A DNA stretch of 64,000 nt from Camelus dromedarius (GCF_036321535.1 NC_087438.1:1428001-1492000), one strand, 5' to 3'. Shown: positions 11,691-24,479, counted from the first letter of the stretch. Made by a program: numbers and translations. Notes: generated from the sequence alone by a model not told the origin.

Positions 11691-13269
11691 AGCACTACTT
11701 TTATAGAAGCTATCACATTGCTATTTAATTAATTTGGCCCACTAGACAAATTGAGAAGTAATACTTTTACTTTGTTTTATTTTTTATTTATCATTTAGCA
11801 CATTAAGAATTTTCTAAAAATGGCCCTTGAATAAATTGACACATTTAAGGTATTCAATAACACATGTATAAAACTAACCAATTATTTCGTTCTATCGATA
11901 GTCTTACCCTTTTTGGGATTTCTTAATCAAACAGCCTAGAAGTTGGCATTCCTCCCTTCCGCAGTGGGAGCGTTCTGCTTCCTCCCTCCTAACGCTGACG
12001 GCTCAGCGTGAGCTACCTCTCCAGTGCTGCACTGACCAACCTTGCCAGCTCTCAGCTCCTGAGCTCTGGATGTCCCTCAGCCTTGGCCTCTCCCATCCGC
12101 CCCTCCTGAGCTCAGCACCTCAAACAGCTCTCACGACTGCCTCACACAGAGTTGGCCCTCAACAAACATTTGCCCAGTAAATGAAACCAGAGTTCATTTC
12201 CCCCCCTCAGACTGGAGTTTTGTTTGGCTTTATTTTGTTTTCCTTTATGAGTCAATGGGGAAAAAAGAATGCAAGGCAATGTCCACAGGCAAATCTTGTG
12301 GGGCACATTATCAGGCAGCATCAAAATGGAGAAATGACACAGTGTCTGTCCAGTACAGCCATACATGGCAAGTCATCCAAAAGGTCCCAGGGACTTTCAA
12401 CTGCTTTTGAAAAATGCAATAAGTTAGTTGTTATTTTCCCAAGTGCCGTTTAGGTTTGGTGACATAGGAAATACAAATCTCTAAGCCGATACGTGTTTCA
12501 GGAAATCATTTTGTACTAAATCCAGATTCTAAGTAGGATGGCAATGTTTTCACACGTGCTTGTCTCCCCTTTCAGTACCAAACATTTTGCCTGCTTTGTT
12601 GAATAAGAGAAGTGCTCACTTTTCCAGTCTTTGCTGTCACAAGTCCTGTAGCAACAGTGTCTTCTCTGACTCCTGATCTAGAAGGGAGAGCGGAGATGGT
12701 GTGACGCTTACCTGCGCCCCTGAAAGTGGTGAAGGTCACATCACTCAGCAACGCTGGGACAGCCAGAGCCCCTGCCCAAACACTGTGCAGACGACACCAG
12801 GTCCTTAGCATTGTCATAGTGTGTAAAGACCCTTAACCGATAGTTTTTATCTCTGTAATCATCACTGAATGACCTTTTTTCTTAGACTGTGATCTTTTTC
12901 ACCCTGAAGGTAGCGTGAATTGTGAGTGGTCCCGAAAGCAGCGGGAGGACTGTATTTATCTGGATGTGTTCACAGAGCGTGGGGAGGCCCCGAGGCCCCG
13001 GCTCTTAAGTTTGCCGTCACACCCGTCACTGCGCATCTTCCAGCACACCAGGTCCGCTCCAGACAGGCAGGTGCACATGCCCCAGAGGCCCCAGAGAATT
13101 CCACCTTGCAGTCCCTTCTTCTTACCTGCCTTGGGTCATCCTTCGGAACCCAGGTCCAGCTTAGCCTCCGCCAAGAAGTGCTCTTCAACCATAACAATGA
13201 TTTACAGTTTGAAATAAAATACTAACCAAGAAGACTGACGTCCACGGAGCATCGTAGTTAGCACAACAT

Positions 13270-13460
13270 GTGTATGCACATTGTTTTGTCTCATCCCCAA
13301 AATAGTAGAACCATGATCATTAGCCCCACTTTAAGGGGATGCAGCTGAGACTCAGAGCTGTTAAAGGCCCAGCCAGAGGTCAGCCGAGGCCCAGCCCAGG
13401 CCTGCCAGGGCCAAGGTCAAGTTCGAGATTCTGAACCCAGGCGCAGCCAGTGCTAACATG
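13270..13460 (-). mobile_element. MIR SINE (degenerate)
   Basis: ATTAGCCCCACTTTAAGGGGATGCAGCTGAGACTCAGAG...GATTCTGAACCCAGG, antisense MIR core. Confidence 0.6.
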
Positions 13461-14324
13461 TGACACGTGATGTGCCTGAACTCCATTTGCAGGCATGTTC
13501 GCTGACATTTTTTTCGCTATGGCTTTTTCTGAAATAGGGAAATGGTGCTTTGATGGCAAAGATCATGACTTACACTTACTTTTATTTCCCACTGTTCCGA
13601 GTCTTGAGAGCATCTGCGGATAATCGAGCAGCTGGTGCTTATTCAGGACTCGGCCCCATCAAGTGCTCTTCTCTTCTCAGCAGGTTTTGGGCTCGTGTTT
13701 GGACTGATAACCAGGCCCCCCCCCCCCCCGATCAAAGGGACCCTGGAGGGGCGGGAGGTTGAACCCCAGGGGACCTTGCCCTGGGCTGCTGCACCAGGAA
13801 GGCCACCGCTGCTTCTCTGTCCTGGAAGGGCGTGTTCCAGACGCGCCAGTCCCGCCTGCCTCTGTGACAGGGAGGAGGCTGCGGCCGTGGGAGGGAAGCA
13901 ACTGCAGTTTCACGCGCCCGGTTAGTCGCAGAGCGGACTCGGATTCACTTTCTGCCCGGTGTCCTGCGCTGGTTCCTCTTCTCATCCCCTGGGGTTAGGA
14001 TGTCTCCAGACTGATCTGAAACCCTCTGCAGAGCAGATCTAGCCACGCACCCAGCAGAGTATTTTGAGATCAGACAAGACATCTGATAACTTCGTTTAAA
14101 ATGCTTCTTAGGGTCAGGGGACAATTAACATCTTCAAGAGACGTAGAAATAAGTTTGCTCAGAATGTTTTATTACCATGATACTGCTATGTTTGCCACTG
14201 ACATTTTTAAAGTTAGTTACTTATCTGAATTTGGGAAACCCGCTTGTTTCAAGGACTCACCTTGGGCCAGAAAGCAAGGGCTTTGGCAGAATAACACGGT
14301 GATCACACTTGCCCTGTGATGTAG

Positions 14325-14400
14325 ACGTCATTTAAAAGATGAGGCAACAAAAGGTCAAAGGACTGAACTGTCTGCCCAAGGTCCAGCGTGGATTCGGCCA
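14325..14400 (-). mobile_element. MIR fragment
   Basis: CATTTAAAAGATGAGGCAAC...CTGCCCAAGGTC. Confidence 0.45.
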
Positions 14401-15439
14401 GAGTGACGCCCGCGCCCACGGCCCCAGGGGCTGTCCCGGATGAGCCTTCGGGACTGATCAGGGCTTCACCCCCTCCCCCTCAGTTCGCCAGGCTGTGGCT
14501 CTTCTGCCTTCAGTGGAGGAGGCTTCCCCCTCCCTCTTAGACCTGAGCTTGGCCCCGGTTACACAGTGTCCTGTCGAGATGGAACCGGGAGCTCCTCTCC
14601 CAGTGGCATCTTGTTTCCTTAGCTTTGCTAAATCTTTTAATTAAAGTGTGTTAACAAAGCCAAAGAAAAACAAATAGCACTGCTTGCAAGAAAATTAAAT
14701 CGAGGAACTCAGCCCATTTATAATTATTGTATTTCAATTAGGCTGTAGCAGGGCTGGGGGAACAGAAAGATAAAAAGCCCCGGCCCTGACACGGGCGTTT
14801 CGTGAATATTTGCAAAGTCCCGTTAGAAGGAGAGCGACATAAACAATGCTCTAAAACAGCCCACGTCCCGGCAGCACCTTCATGCTGAACACTACGTGAA
14901 ATAATTTACCCGCAGCATTCTCGCCAAAATTCGTCCTAGGATGCTAACAAAGCCTGTTTCTCCTCGTCAACAAACACCTGAAATTCCCTTGAAGAAATAT
15001 GTTGTATCAATGCTTGGTAACATTTTAATTTATTATTTTAAAATTAAAACACAATTACACTTTTGAAAGAGCCGGAATTAAATTTAAGCGCTGTCTGGGT
15101 TCTCATGCTAGAGTAGCTGATTTTCACTGGAACAGGAAAAGCATAAACCATCAATGCGCGTCTAACCCATGTTTACTCTGCCGATTAAACAATGGAAGCG
15201 TGCATGTCTGATTTTTCTACTCTGAAAAATGTAAAAAGCATAAAAGAACTTACTTTTTCTCAGTCCTATGCAAACCGTGGCCTGTTTTCTCCAGTGCCGG
15301 GTGGAGAGAGGGGACGAAACTTGCCCCTGGGCTGGCGCAAGGGTAGCGTCTGCATCCTGTGATGCAGACGCCCCGACGACCCCAGTCCTCCCGGGGGTGC
15401 TGCGGCCGGGACTCGGGACGCCGTCCTGGAGCAGAAGTG

Positions 15440-15535
15440 GCCTAGGCTGGCTCTCTTCCTTGACACCTTAGTTTCAGTGTCTGTAAAACTGCAGAATCAT
15501 CAAATACTGTCTCATAGAGACGTCGCTGAAGTAGG
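15440..15535 (+). mobile_element. MIR fragment
   Basis: CCTTAGTTTCAGTGTCTGTAAAACTGCAGAATCATCAAATACTGTCTCATAGAG resembles the MIR core. Confidence 0.5.
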
Positions 15536-16031
15536 AGCCCCTCTGGCAGAGCTGAGCCACGAGGCACTGGGTGGTGGTGGCACTTTCTGATTGCTGTCTT
15601 TTCCCACTAGGATCTTGTATTTTCCTAAAAAGTAGACAGGAAGTCAACCTTGTTTATGTACATTCACAGCATCGAGGGAGGAGCAAAATCTTCTGAAAAG
15701 CCTTTCCGCTGGCGGGGAGGTGCGTGGACACCAGGGGAGCATTTCCTAACAGCTGGACAGTGTCATTTTGTTCGGTGAATCTAATAACAAAATAAATGTG
15801 GTCGTGGGGTTTCATGATTGTAAAATTCCATTTACTATTACATTTTGCAAAAGCGTTTGTGCATCAGTGGGAAATCACGCCCTTAAGCCCTGACCCTTCC
15901 TTCCAGTATTAGAAGCAGAGCGGGCGTTTTGCTCTGATGTGCTGAGAACCCAGACGTCGCCCGCGGTGAACGGAGAAGGGGTGACACACCTGGGGTCCCA
16001 GGCTGTTGGAGGCGGCAGGACTGCAGGGCGT

Positions 16032-16128
16032 GGGGGTGTGTATTTCGGTGGTACAGCACTTGCTTAGCATGCATGAGGTCCTGGGTTCCATCTCTGGTCC
16101 CTCCATAAAAACAAAACAAACCAACGAA
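16032..16128 (+). mobile_element. tRNA-Ala-derived SINE, camelid vic-1-like
   Basis: GGGGGTGTGTATTTCGGTGGTACAGCACTTGCTTAGCATGCATGAGGTCCTGGGTTCCATCTCTGGTCCCTCCA plus A-rich tail; degenerate Pol III A and B boxes, TTAGCAT anticodon-loop remnant. Confidence 0.8.
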
Positions 16129-16982
16129 AGAGGAACTCCGGAGCCTCTGGCAAGGCTGCAGAGCTTTGAAGAGGGGCCTCAGCATGGTGGCCCAGGGCGG
16201 CCCGCGCAGGCCTGGGCCAGGGCGCCGACCGCACCCCGGACACAGGACGGGCTGCGGGACTCTGCCTGCGGGACCCCGGCTGCCCACGCCCTCTCCCGCT
16301 GCCTCAGTGAGCAGGGAGCCTGTGCTCCAATTTACAGCCCGTCATTTTGACAGCGAGTGATCTGCCGCTGTCTGGGTTTAAATTATGAATACGCAAATAA
16401 TTGGATCCCTGCACCTAAAATTAGACGGTAATAAGGCTCCTCCGTCACCCAGGGAACCGGGCCGGAAAAAGGAAAGAGAAAAAAGCAGAAGCAAACAGGA
16501 ATCCCATGTCCATCCTGGGGCCCAGGTGTCCCCACCAGCACGCGGGCTTCCCTGGGGGCGCCGCCCCCCGGGAATGCTGGTGGTCTGGGCTTCGGGGTGT
16601 GGGGACCACTGACTGCAAGCCGCTTGCTCTGTTCACTGAAGGTCGCAGCCTGTCCTTGCGGCCCTGGGCCGAGACGCGAGCGGTCAGCGGTGCTGCAGCG
16701 ATGGCCCGCGGTCTTGGGGGCATGGCACCGGTCAGCGGCGGACCCTGCCGTGCCCCAGACCCACCCTCTCCTCCCTCCCACCCACCATCATGAGCTGGCT
16801 GGCGGGGCTGAAAGATTTTCCAAGGCCATTCTTTTTATGTTTTACTGGTTTTGGATATAGAATATGCATTTTCATATAAAACAGAGGCTTTAATCTACTT
16901 TGTGTAACAGTTTCCCTTTCAGGCTGTAGGCTGTACTCAGTCTGCTGTATTTAACCTCTGTAGGAAAAGTGAGTATCCAGGT

Positions 16983-17170
16983 TTGTGTGTGTGTGTGTGT
17001 GCGTGTGCAGGGTGTATGTGGGGTGTGTGTGTATGGGGGGTGCATGTGTGTGCACACGTGTGCTATGTTGCAGGGTGTATGTGGGGTGTGTGTGCACGGG
17101 GGGTGCATGTGTGTGCACATGTGTGCTATGTTGCAGGGTGTGTGTGGGGGCGTCCTGCGTGTGTGTGCGA
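16983..17170. repeat. TG-rich compound repeat with a ~63 bp higher-order unit (about 2.3 copies)
   Basis: (TG)n, then GCAGGGTGTATGTGGGGTGTGTGTG...GGGGGGTGCATGTGTGTGCACA.GTGTGCTATGTT repeated. Confidence 0.9.
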
Positions 17171-17189
17171 GTGTCCACGCTGCCTGGCC

Positions 17190-17790
17190 CGCTGCTCAGG
17201 CAGGTGCGTGACCTTCAGGGGGACCCCTCCCTCGGGGGGGCGCTGTCTTCCGGGGAGGGAGGACGGCGCGGCGCAGGTGCGGGTCCGCCCGGCTTCCCCC
17301 GCGGGTAGCGGCCTCCCGCTCGCTCCCCAATTGCTTTAGCCCGAAGCAGTTGACATTTACCCCAGCCAGATAATCGGGAATAACATTTGCGTTACACTTT
17401 AACACGACCTCTGCCTCCACAGCGCTTTTTAGATTAGCTGCGAAGAGAAGGGGGGCCGTGGGCTGCGGGAGCAGCAGGCGGGGCGGCGGGCCGCTGATTG
17501 CGGGCGCGGGGGCGCGGGGGCGCCGCTGGCCTCGGCGGCGGCCGAGCGACTGTTAGCGGAAGGTATTAAGAGCAGGGCCCGGCGCCGGGCAGGCAGGTGC
17601 AAGCAAAGGTTAATGGACTGACTATTACCTGCGCGGGAGGCGCGCGCGGAGGCCCGGGAGCCGGAGTCTCTCTCTCCGGGGGAACCAGGAGGGGCGCTGA
17701 GCACGAGCGTGGAGGGCGGTGGGCAGGCCGGCCTCAGGGGCCTGGTCCTCGTCTCAGCGCCGCCGCACAGGGAGAGAAAGCAGCGGCTTC
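17190..17790. promoter_or_regulatory. CpG-island-like GC-rich block with embedded AT-rich motif clusters (candidate enhancer/orphan CGI)
   Basis: Very high CpG/GC at 17230-17330 and 17450-17770 (GGGCGGCGGGCC, GGCGGCGGCCGAGCG), interleaved with non-repetitive TAAT/ATTA, GATA and CAGGTG motifs; no coding frame recognised. Confidence 0.55.
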
Positions 17791-19289
17791 GCCTGACAAA
17801 CGGCTCCTTTACAGGTGACAGGCCAGCCCGCGGGCTCAGTGACCCTCCTGGTGTGAGACACGGAAGTGAAGGGCCGGGCGCAAAAATGAAAACGCTAATC
17901 CACAGATTGAAAAGTACTTTGAATGGTAAGCAGGGAGAAACGGATTTGGAAAAGAGAAACGGAATGTGCCTCTAACAGCACCAGAAACAAGAACAGATAC
18001 TCCTCCGCGCACGAGAGTTACTTCCCCTAAAAATCCGGTTCATTGAAGAACCACCAATCTATCGTCTTCATCCACGGAATTAGGAGAGCACATTGTCCGG
18101 GGTGTGCCTGACCCCGCAACCCAACGGCACGTCGTGGAAGTTCCGGAAAGTCCAGGAGAAAGGCGGACCGGACCTGAAGGGAGCGTTCACTACTTATTAC
18201 CCGCATGAGCAGTGGATTTTGCAGGGATCCCACATCTAAAAAAGACACAGAGTTCAGGCTCTGGTTGTGCGTTGTCATGCCACCTATGGAATGGGAAAGG
18301 CAGGCAAGCAAAACAAGCCATTCAAAAATAAAAAAAAATTTTTTGGACATTTTACGAAAAATGCTTATTTTCACACTGGCAACATCAAGTTGCAGTGCCA
18401 ACCCCGAATTTAAACTCCCGTTGTGAGCTTAAACTTGCAGACCTCAAAATTGCCCGGAGGGTCAAATGACCACGGATCAGATTAGCTGAGGGCCCTCTTA
18501 CCCAGAGCGAAGCTCTCGTCTTCAGTGACATGAACGTCTGTGAAGTGAGAACGCACTCCACTCAGAAGCCTGCGTGGTCCGACGGGGGCCGTGTCCGCCC
18601 TCGGAGAGTTCTCTTAACCCCGAGGGCTCTGAGGGACGCGCATCCCCTTTCCAGTTGTTTGTCCTTTTATTTCATCTGCATCGTCTTTCCCTCCACCGCA
18701 TCCATGAGAGGGACGCGAGTGCTGTCAGGGTGAAGTAGGAATAAAAGGCCGCCCTCACTCGGGACCCACGGGCCGCGTGACGCTGCTCTGAGCTCTGAAC
18801 ACTCAGTTCACGGGACGTGCATATGGTCTTTCTAACGAATTAAAATGCAAAATCTGAACCAAGGCGGAGAGGTAGGAACCCGCTTCCACAGCCAGGCTGG
18901 CGCAAGAGCAGGGAGACCACTGGGCGGGGCCTGGAGTCGGCGCCTCTTAAGGCTTAACTTGGTTTCCGGCCTCCCTTCTTTGAGATGGCAGTTCCCCGGG
19001 CAGTCACACTTCGGGCGAGGCGTGAAAACTGAATCATGGCTCAAGCGCCACAAATTGCAAAGCGCATTCCACCCCCAAGCCTCTCCGACGCCACTAACTC
19101 TTCGGTTATGGTCGCCGTGTGCCCACAAAGGTCCCTGCGGCCGGCGGCGCCACCTGCCCGATTAAGTGTGACCAAAGGCGGGCGGGCCCCTCCAGTCCTG
19201 CCCGGTCCCTGCCGCACAGAGGGAGTCACTGAGGACGGAGCAGCACTGAACCTGCCCTGTGTCTTTGAAAGGATGGCCCGCTGACACCG

Positions 19290-20300
19290 GGGAGGTTTTG
19301 CTCGGTATTTAATTAAGAGAGAAAGGGCTTCGGTGGAGAGCAGGCTGTGGGCGCCTTTGTGATTTCCGCTGACCAATCCAATTACGCGGGTAATTGCCGG
19401 CATGTTTCGCAAAGCACGGAGAATCGGTCCCCAAATAAATCAAGATCCGACAACGTGGCTGCTGTTCTGAAAAATGTGTCAGGGAAGGGACGCAGAAGCA
19501 GCGACCACGGTGTCCAGCCGTGAGGGTGCAGCCCGTCTCTGCACGTGGCTGGTTCCTTCGCGTCTTCCGTGCGTGCGATGTGCGCCCGGGGTGTCCGCTC
19601 GCGTCCCGCCGGCGGCCGGGACCGGGCAGGGCCCACGGCTCTCTGATTCCAGCCACACAGGGCTGAGGGCCGGCGACAATAACCAGAAGTTTCCTCCCCG
19701 CAGAGGCGAATGCGAAAAGACTGCTTAGTTCTCAGTCCCGCGATGCACAAGGCCTGTATCCTTCCGCACACATTTATTTCAAGGTACTTAAAAAGTGACT
19801 TTTATGAGATAATTTAGGCAGTGATTATTTTTGTTGAGAAATGTGTCCTTTACCCCTCTCGTTCATCCTCTGCTAAGATATTTCTGTTTGTCAGAATGCC
19901 ACCGTCTCTGATAAATGACTGAAGACGGACTGCTACACTTTATTAAAAAGTAATAACAATTTTTGTACGCACCCTTCACGTTGCGGGGGGGGACCATGAA
20001 TCAAAGGACACTGCCTGTCTGGGCCTGATAAATGCGCCGTTTACCAGCTGAGGAGTTATTTAGGACTGGCTATTAATTTAAATCACATTTATCTTCCCCG
20101 GATGGGGGAGGCGGCTGTGATAGGACTTCCAATGACCAATGGTGCGGCTAAGTGCGCATTATTTATTACCACCGCCGCCATGGGGCTGCACAATATGTTC
20201 TAAAAAAAAAAAAAAAAAAGGTGCCAATTACCGCGGTTAATCTCGTCAGGGCAAGAACAAATTTCTTCCCAACACAAGGCAATTTTCATGCGTGTACTAT
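19290..20300. promoter_or_regulatory. Candidate conserved non-coding enhancer blocks
   Basis: TTAATTAA, CCTTTGT, ATCAAAG (20000), several CCAAT, two inverted ATTA..TAAT pairs, GATAA sites; no repeat similarity seen. Confidence 0.4.
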
Positions 20301-21559
20301 TTCTCCTCCAAACACAGACTTGCTTCTAATTCTCCATCATTGAACTCAGCCTTCTCACTTGCCGAAGCACTCATGGGACGATTTTACTTCCGTCTGCTTC
20401 ACCTTTGTTTGCAGAACGGCGCTTTTTTTATGCATTATTCCATGGAAGGTGTGTTCCTTTGAGCCGCTAATGAGCATTGGTGGGTGACACGGTGAGGTGA
20501 GATGTGCTGCAAGTCAGATTGGCCATATTTTACTATCAAGTGTTTCCTCATTAATAATACTGCCTCTTGTATAGCTTTTCAATTCACTTAGTCCTTATTA
20601 TGCAAAATAACAATTGGGAATAACTGATCATAAGCATTTTTTTTCCAATTAACTTCAACTTGATTGATCTACCATGGAAGATGAAAATATTTCTAATAAA
20701 ATGCATCTTAGGCACAAATTAAATCCAAACACAAACAATTCGACTTGCTGACAGAGCCCAAGGCACGGCGGGTGTGGCTGCCGGGGAGCCGCTGTCCCGG
20801 CGCCCCGCGGTGCAGGGCGCGCCTGGCGCGGACCGCTCCAAGCTCGGGCTCCATCCTCCGGCTCCATCCTGGGGCTCCCAGGCCAGCCCACGGCACTGCT
20901 GTCCCACCGGCTTCGCAACCCGCGCTCACACCGCCCAGCTGTGCAATGTCTGCTCTCTTAACGTACGTGCTCTCCCAGGTTGGACAGAATACGTTCGTGT
21001 TACACAGAATTAGTTCAAAATAAAATAATCAGACCATATCCATGTGTATGGTGCCCTGAACATGCATGTGTTCACACTGGTTGATGTGCAGATAGAAAGA
21101 GAATTGAAAAATACTAAATGCATTTAATTTTCTGGCTGTTTCCACCAAACTCACGGACGTGAGCGGCTTCCAGGGGAAAAGGCGCATGCAAGGACACCCA
21201 GAACCTGAGAGGAAGGCAGGCCGACCCCATGACCAGTGTGGCCGGGACAAGCCAGAGCCTTTGCTTCTCTGATGGCTGGTTGGGCAGGCAGTGCGTCGCT
21301 GGTTCCTGGGAGCTCCTCAGACAAGCAGTTTGGAGGAACCCTAACCAGGCCCTATCCTGTGGCTGGAAGTGCGTCCTGGTGCAGCCTTCCCGGGGAGTAG
21401 GGAGTCCCCCGGCTTGGGCACGGCCGCCTGCACTGCGTGCGCACGCCGACTCCCAGGCCGGGAGGAACCCCTCCCGGGCCACGGTGGCTTCAGTCCCAGG
21501 AATAACCTCAGGCATTTGCAAGCCAAGGTCTTGTGTAGAATGTGCAGTTGCGCAGGGGG

Positions 21560-21795
21560 AAATGTGTGCATGGGGATATGCACTTGTGCACACACGTGTG
21601 CACACATACATGTACACATTATATACCCACTTACGTAATTCATTTATTTTTACCTACATCGGATATGCATTATATATTTATTCATATATGTGTCTTTATC
21701 TGCATTACACACACTGTAATATGTATAGACATACATATATAAAAATATATTTAAATAAATATAGTTAACTAGATAGGTTATGTAAATAAATACAG
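21560..21795. repeat. Low-complexity (CA/TA)-rich tract
   Basis: Runs of CACA, TATA and TACA. Confidence 0.75.
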
Positions 21796-22434
21796 CCTGA
21801 AAAGGAAGCTATTTTTCCTTTAAATAAGGGGCTTTGGACCAGTTTGGTGAGAGGCCCTGGCTCACCCTTTCTGGCTGTTGGGAAGCATTTCCGGGGGAGC
21901 AGGCGGGCGGCCCCCCTGCCCTCTGTCCAGCGTACTGTCCCTCGAGGGGTGGCTCCCTGTGAGCCCCCAGGGAAGGCCCCTCACACTCTGATGGTTTCCC
22001 TCCTCTGCAGATACTGACGTCCTGCCTTTCCACAAACACTCGCCGGGTCAGGCTGATCTCTCTGCCCCTTCACATCTCTCTCCCGAGTCCAGCTGCGGCG
22101 CTGGCCCCGTGGCCGTGGCAGGTGAGGGCATCGCTCTGTCACCTCTTCTGCTGACGGGACTGGCTGGGGCAGGACCTCCGTTACCCTCCACACAGATGAC
22201 TGTGCTGGCTTTGAACCCTTGTTTTGGAAAAACACCCTCGATTAGGCACAGGCACCGTGTGCTGTGGAAAATTCACTGATCTGTGTAAGGAGTGAGCCAT
22301 CTTCAAACACGGCCATGAGGAAGCCATCGGTGAAAAACTCACCATGGGGAGGTGTGTCGGTGGGGAGAGGCAGGAGCCCATCTCAGACCAGACCTGCTGG
22401 CTCTGCAGACTCCCCACCTCCCTGAGCCCCCTTT

Positions 22435-22510
22435 TCTTCCTTCATAAAATAGAACAATGATAGTAACCACCCATTCTGGGGATTCAATGAGGCACTGGGT
22501 GTAAGGCCAC
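22435..22510 (+). mobile_element. MIR fragment
   Basis: CTTCCTTCATAAAATAGAACAATGATAGTAACC...GGGGATTCAATGAG. Confidence 0.4.
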
Positions 22511-24479
22511 CTCATGGGCCCTCCAGGGCTCCTAGCATCTCAATGACGAGAACTCCCGTCATTTCAGAGCCCACACTGACATAATTCTATGGGGAGAACA
22601 CAATCCTTGAGTAAGGATATTGACCTACCACCACCATCTGCATCAGTTAGCAAGTTTGCTGGGTCATGCTCAGTAACAAAAAAGCTGGGAATCTTAGTGC
22701 CTTTCCAAGTTTTCCTTTCGTAGCTGAGCAAGGGCAGTTCTCGTCACAGACTCCTGGGATCCAGGATGAAGGAATGGGCTCAGTGGGAAATGCTGCAGCT
22801 GCCACCAAGCTTGAGAGGGGTAGAGAACTCCAAGAGGCCTCGCCTGACCCCAGTGGGCTCCGGCCTGAAATTCGTAAATTCACTGTCTTCAGGCGAGAGT
22901 CAGGGCTGGCCTTTCTCCTCTAGGTAAGGAGACTCAGAGACAGACCAAGCTCCCCCTTTACCACCACGCTGAAGACAGAGGGTCCACAGGAAGAACAGGA
23001 AGTGAGACACTGTGAGGTCTCGGTGATTACACAGGATAACAGGTGCACACACACTGCAGAGGGGCCGGTGTTGGGACCACCCCTGCCCAGGGCCCCATCA
23101 GGAGGCTGAGTCTTACCTGGCTTGTCCTGCAGAAAGCCAGCATCACTCTGGGGTCCTGGCAGAGTCATGGCCTCAGGCTGCCCAGAGTCCAAATGTTAAC
23201 TGCTACAGGGGACATAGCACTGACCAAGACCAAACAAAAGCAAAGGAAAAAACTCAGTCTGGGCCTGGAATGGCCTGGGACCCAGAGAAGTGCCCTAGGT
23301 CCCACCCCTAGACATCAGTGAGTTTTAAATCCTGCCTGCCATAGAGAACGGGAAATCCATCTGGCTTTTCCTCTGGAGGGCTGTCCACTCACAGATCACT
23401 TGCCTGTCCATCCTTTCAGAGCCCTTGCTCCTTGACCTACAGCCCCAAAAACCAAGCCTCTCTTTCCCGCACTGGTCTGGACTGAACTTCCTGTCCTGTC
23501 TGCTCTGAGCACCCGGAGCTGCTTTCTCCAGCTAAGTCATGGTCTCCCTCTCTCTCTCTCTTTCTCTCACTCTCTGACAGAGCTTGGGACCCAGCCTCTG
23601 AGGCTACAGCCCTGACCTCCCTCTCTAACTCCCCCACAACTCTGCTCCAAGGTAGAGCCTCATACTGGCCTGTGCCCAGGGGAGGACCATTCATCCACTG
23701 GCCCCCAGGTTCCTCACTGCCTTTCTTCTGATGCCTGTGGAGAAGCCATCCTGTCTGCCTCCTGGCCTGGGTAGACTGACCACGTAACGCCATGTTTGAC
23801 TGAAAAGATGACCGTGTGAAGTGGGTAAGTCCTGTCATCTGTCATGGTCCACTCCTCTCCTGTCCCAGGGCAGTATATGCTCTGGCTGGGCTGTGGCAGA
23901 GCCCATGGAAGCCAATGCCCTTGAGTGACAGCCATCCACAGAGAAATGTGTGAGTCTTACCCAAGGACACAAACACTAGTGTCTGAAACATCCATGATGA
24001 CAGCAAATCATCTTTTGAGCATGTAGGTAAGTTGTAGAAATATGAAACATGATCACATAGAGCTGTGATTGATAAATGAGGTAGGGGAGCAAGATAATCT
24101 CCCTCACCCAGGCCGCAGGACACACACTATTTCATCATGATCCAGCCACCCAAGCCCGAAACGTCAAAGGCAGTAATGGAGTCCTGTGCTGTCGTTCAGT
24201 TGCAGAAGAGTCTCTCAGTTGGCTTCCTCACCTCCATTCCCACCACAGTATACTAGTGTCTGCCTCTCCTGTTCTCCCGTGGAAAACGCCCGCAGGTCCC
24301 AGCTGCCTCCGTAACTCTGCTGTGTCTCCTGCTGAGTCTATGCTACCTGTTATTCTAAATTTTCCTAAGATTTCAAAACTCTTTGAAGTCCTTCCATTTC
24401 AGGGTCTGAGATCCTTCATAAGACATTCAAGTCACTGAAATCTAATTTTAAGTTAATTTCTAAATATTTACTTTCTGTC

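Noticed and set aside
16032..16105. Possible tRNA-Ala gene
   Set aside because: Stems and A/B boxes are degenerate, and it is followed by an A-rich tail rather than a T-run terminator, so it is a SINE.
16890..17339. Cys/Val-rich and His/Thr-rich ORFs resembling metallothionein or keratin-associated proteins
   Set aside because: These are translations of the TG/CA repeat.
23440..24080. Possible old ERVL/MaLR LTR remnant (similar impression at 8090-8380)
   Set aside because: Too degenerate to support by eye; needs RepeatMasker.
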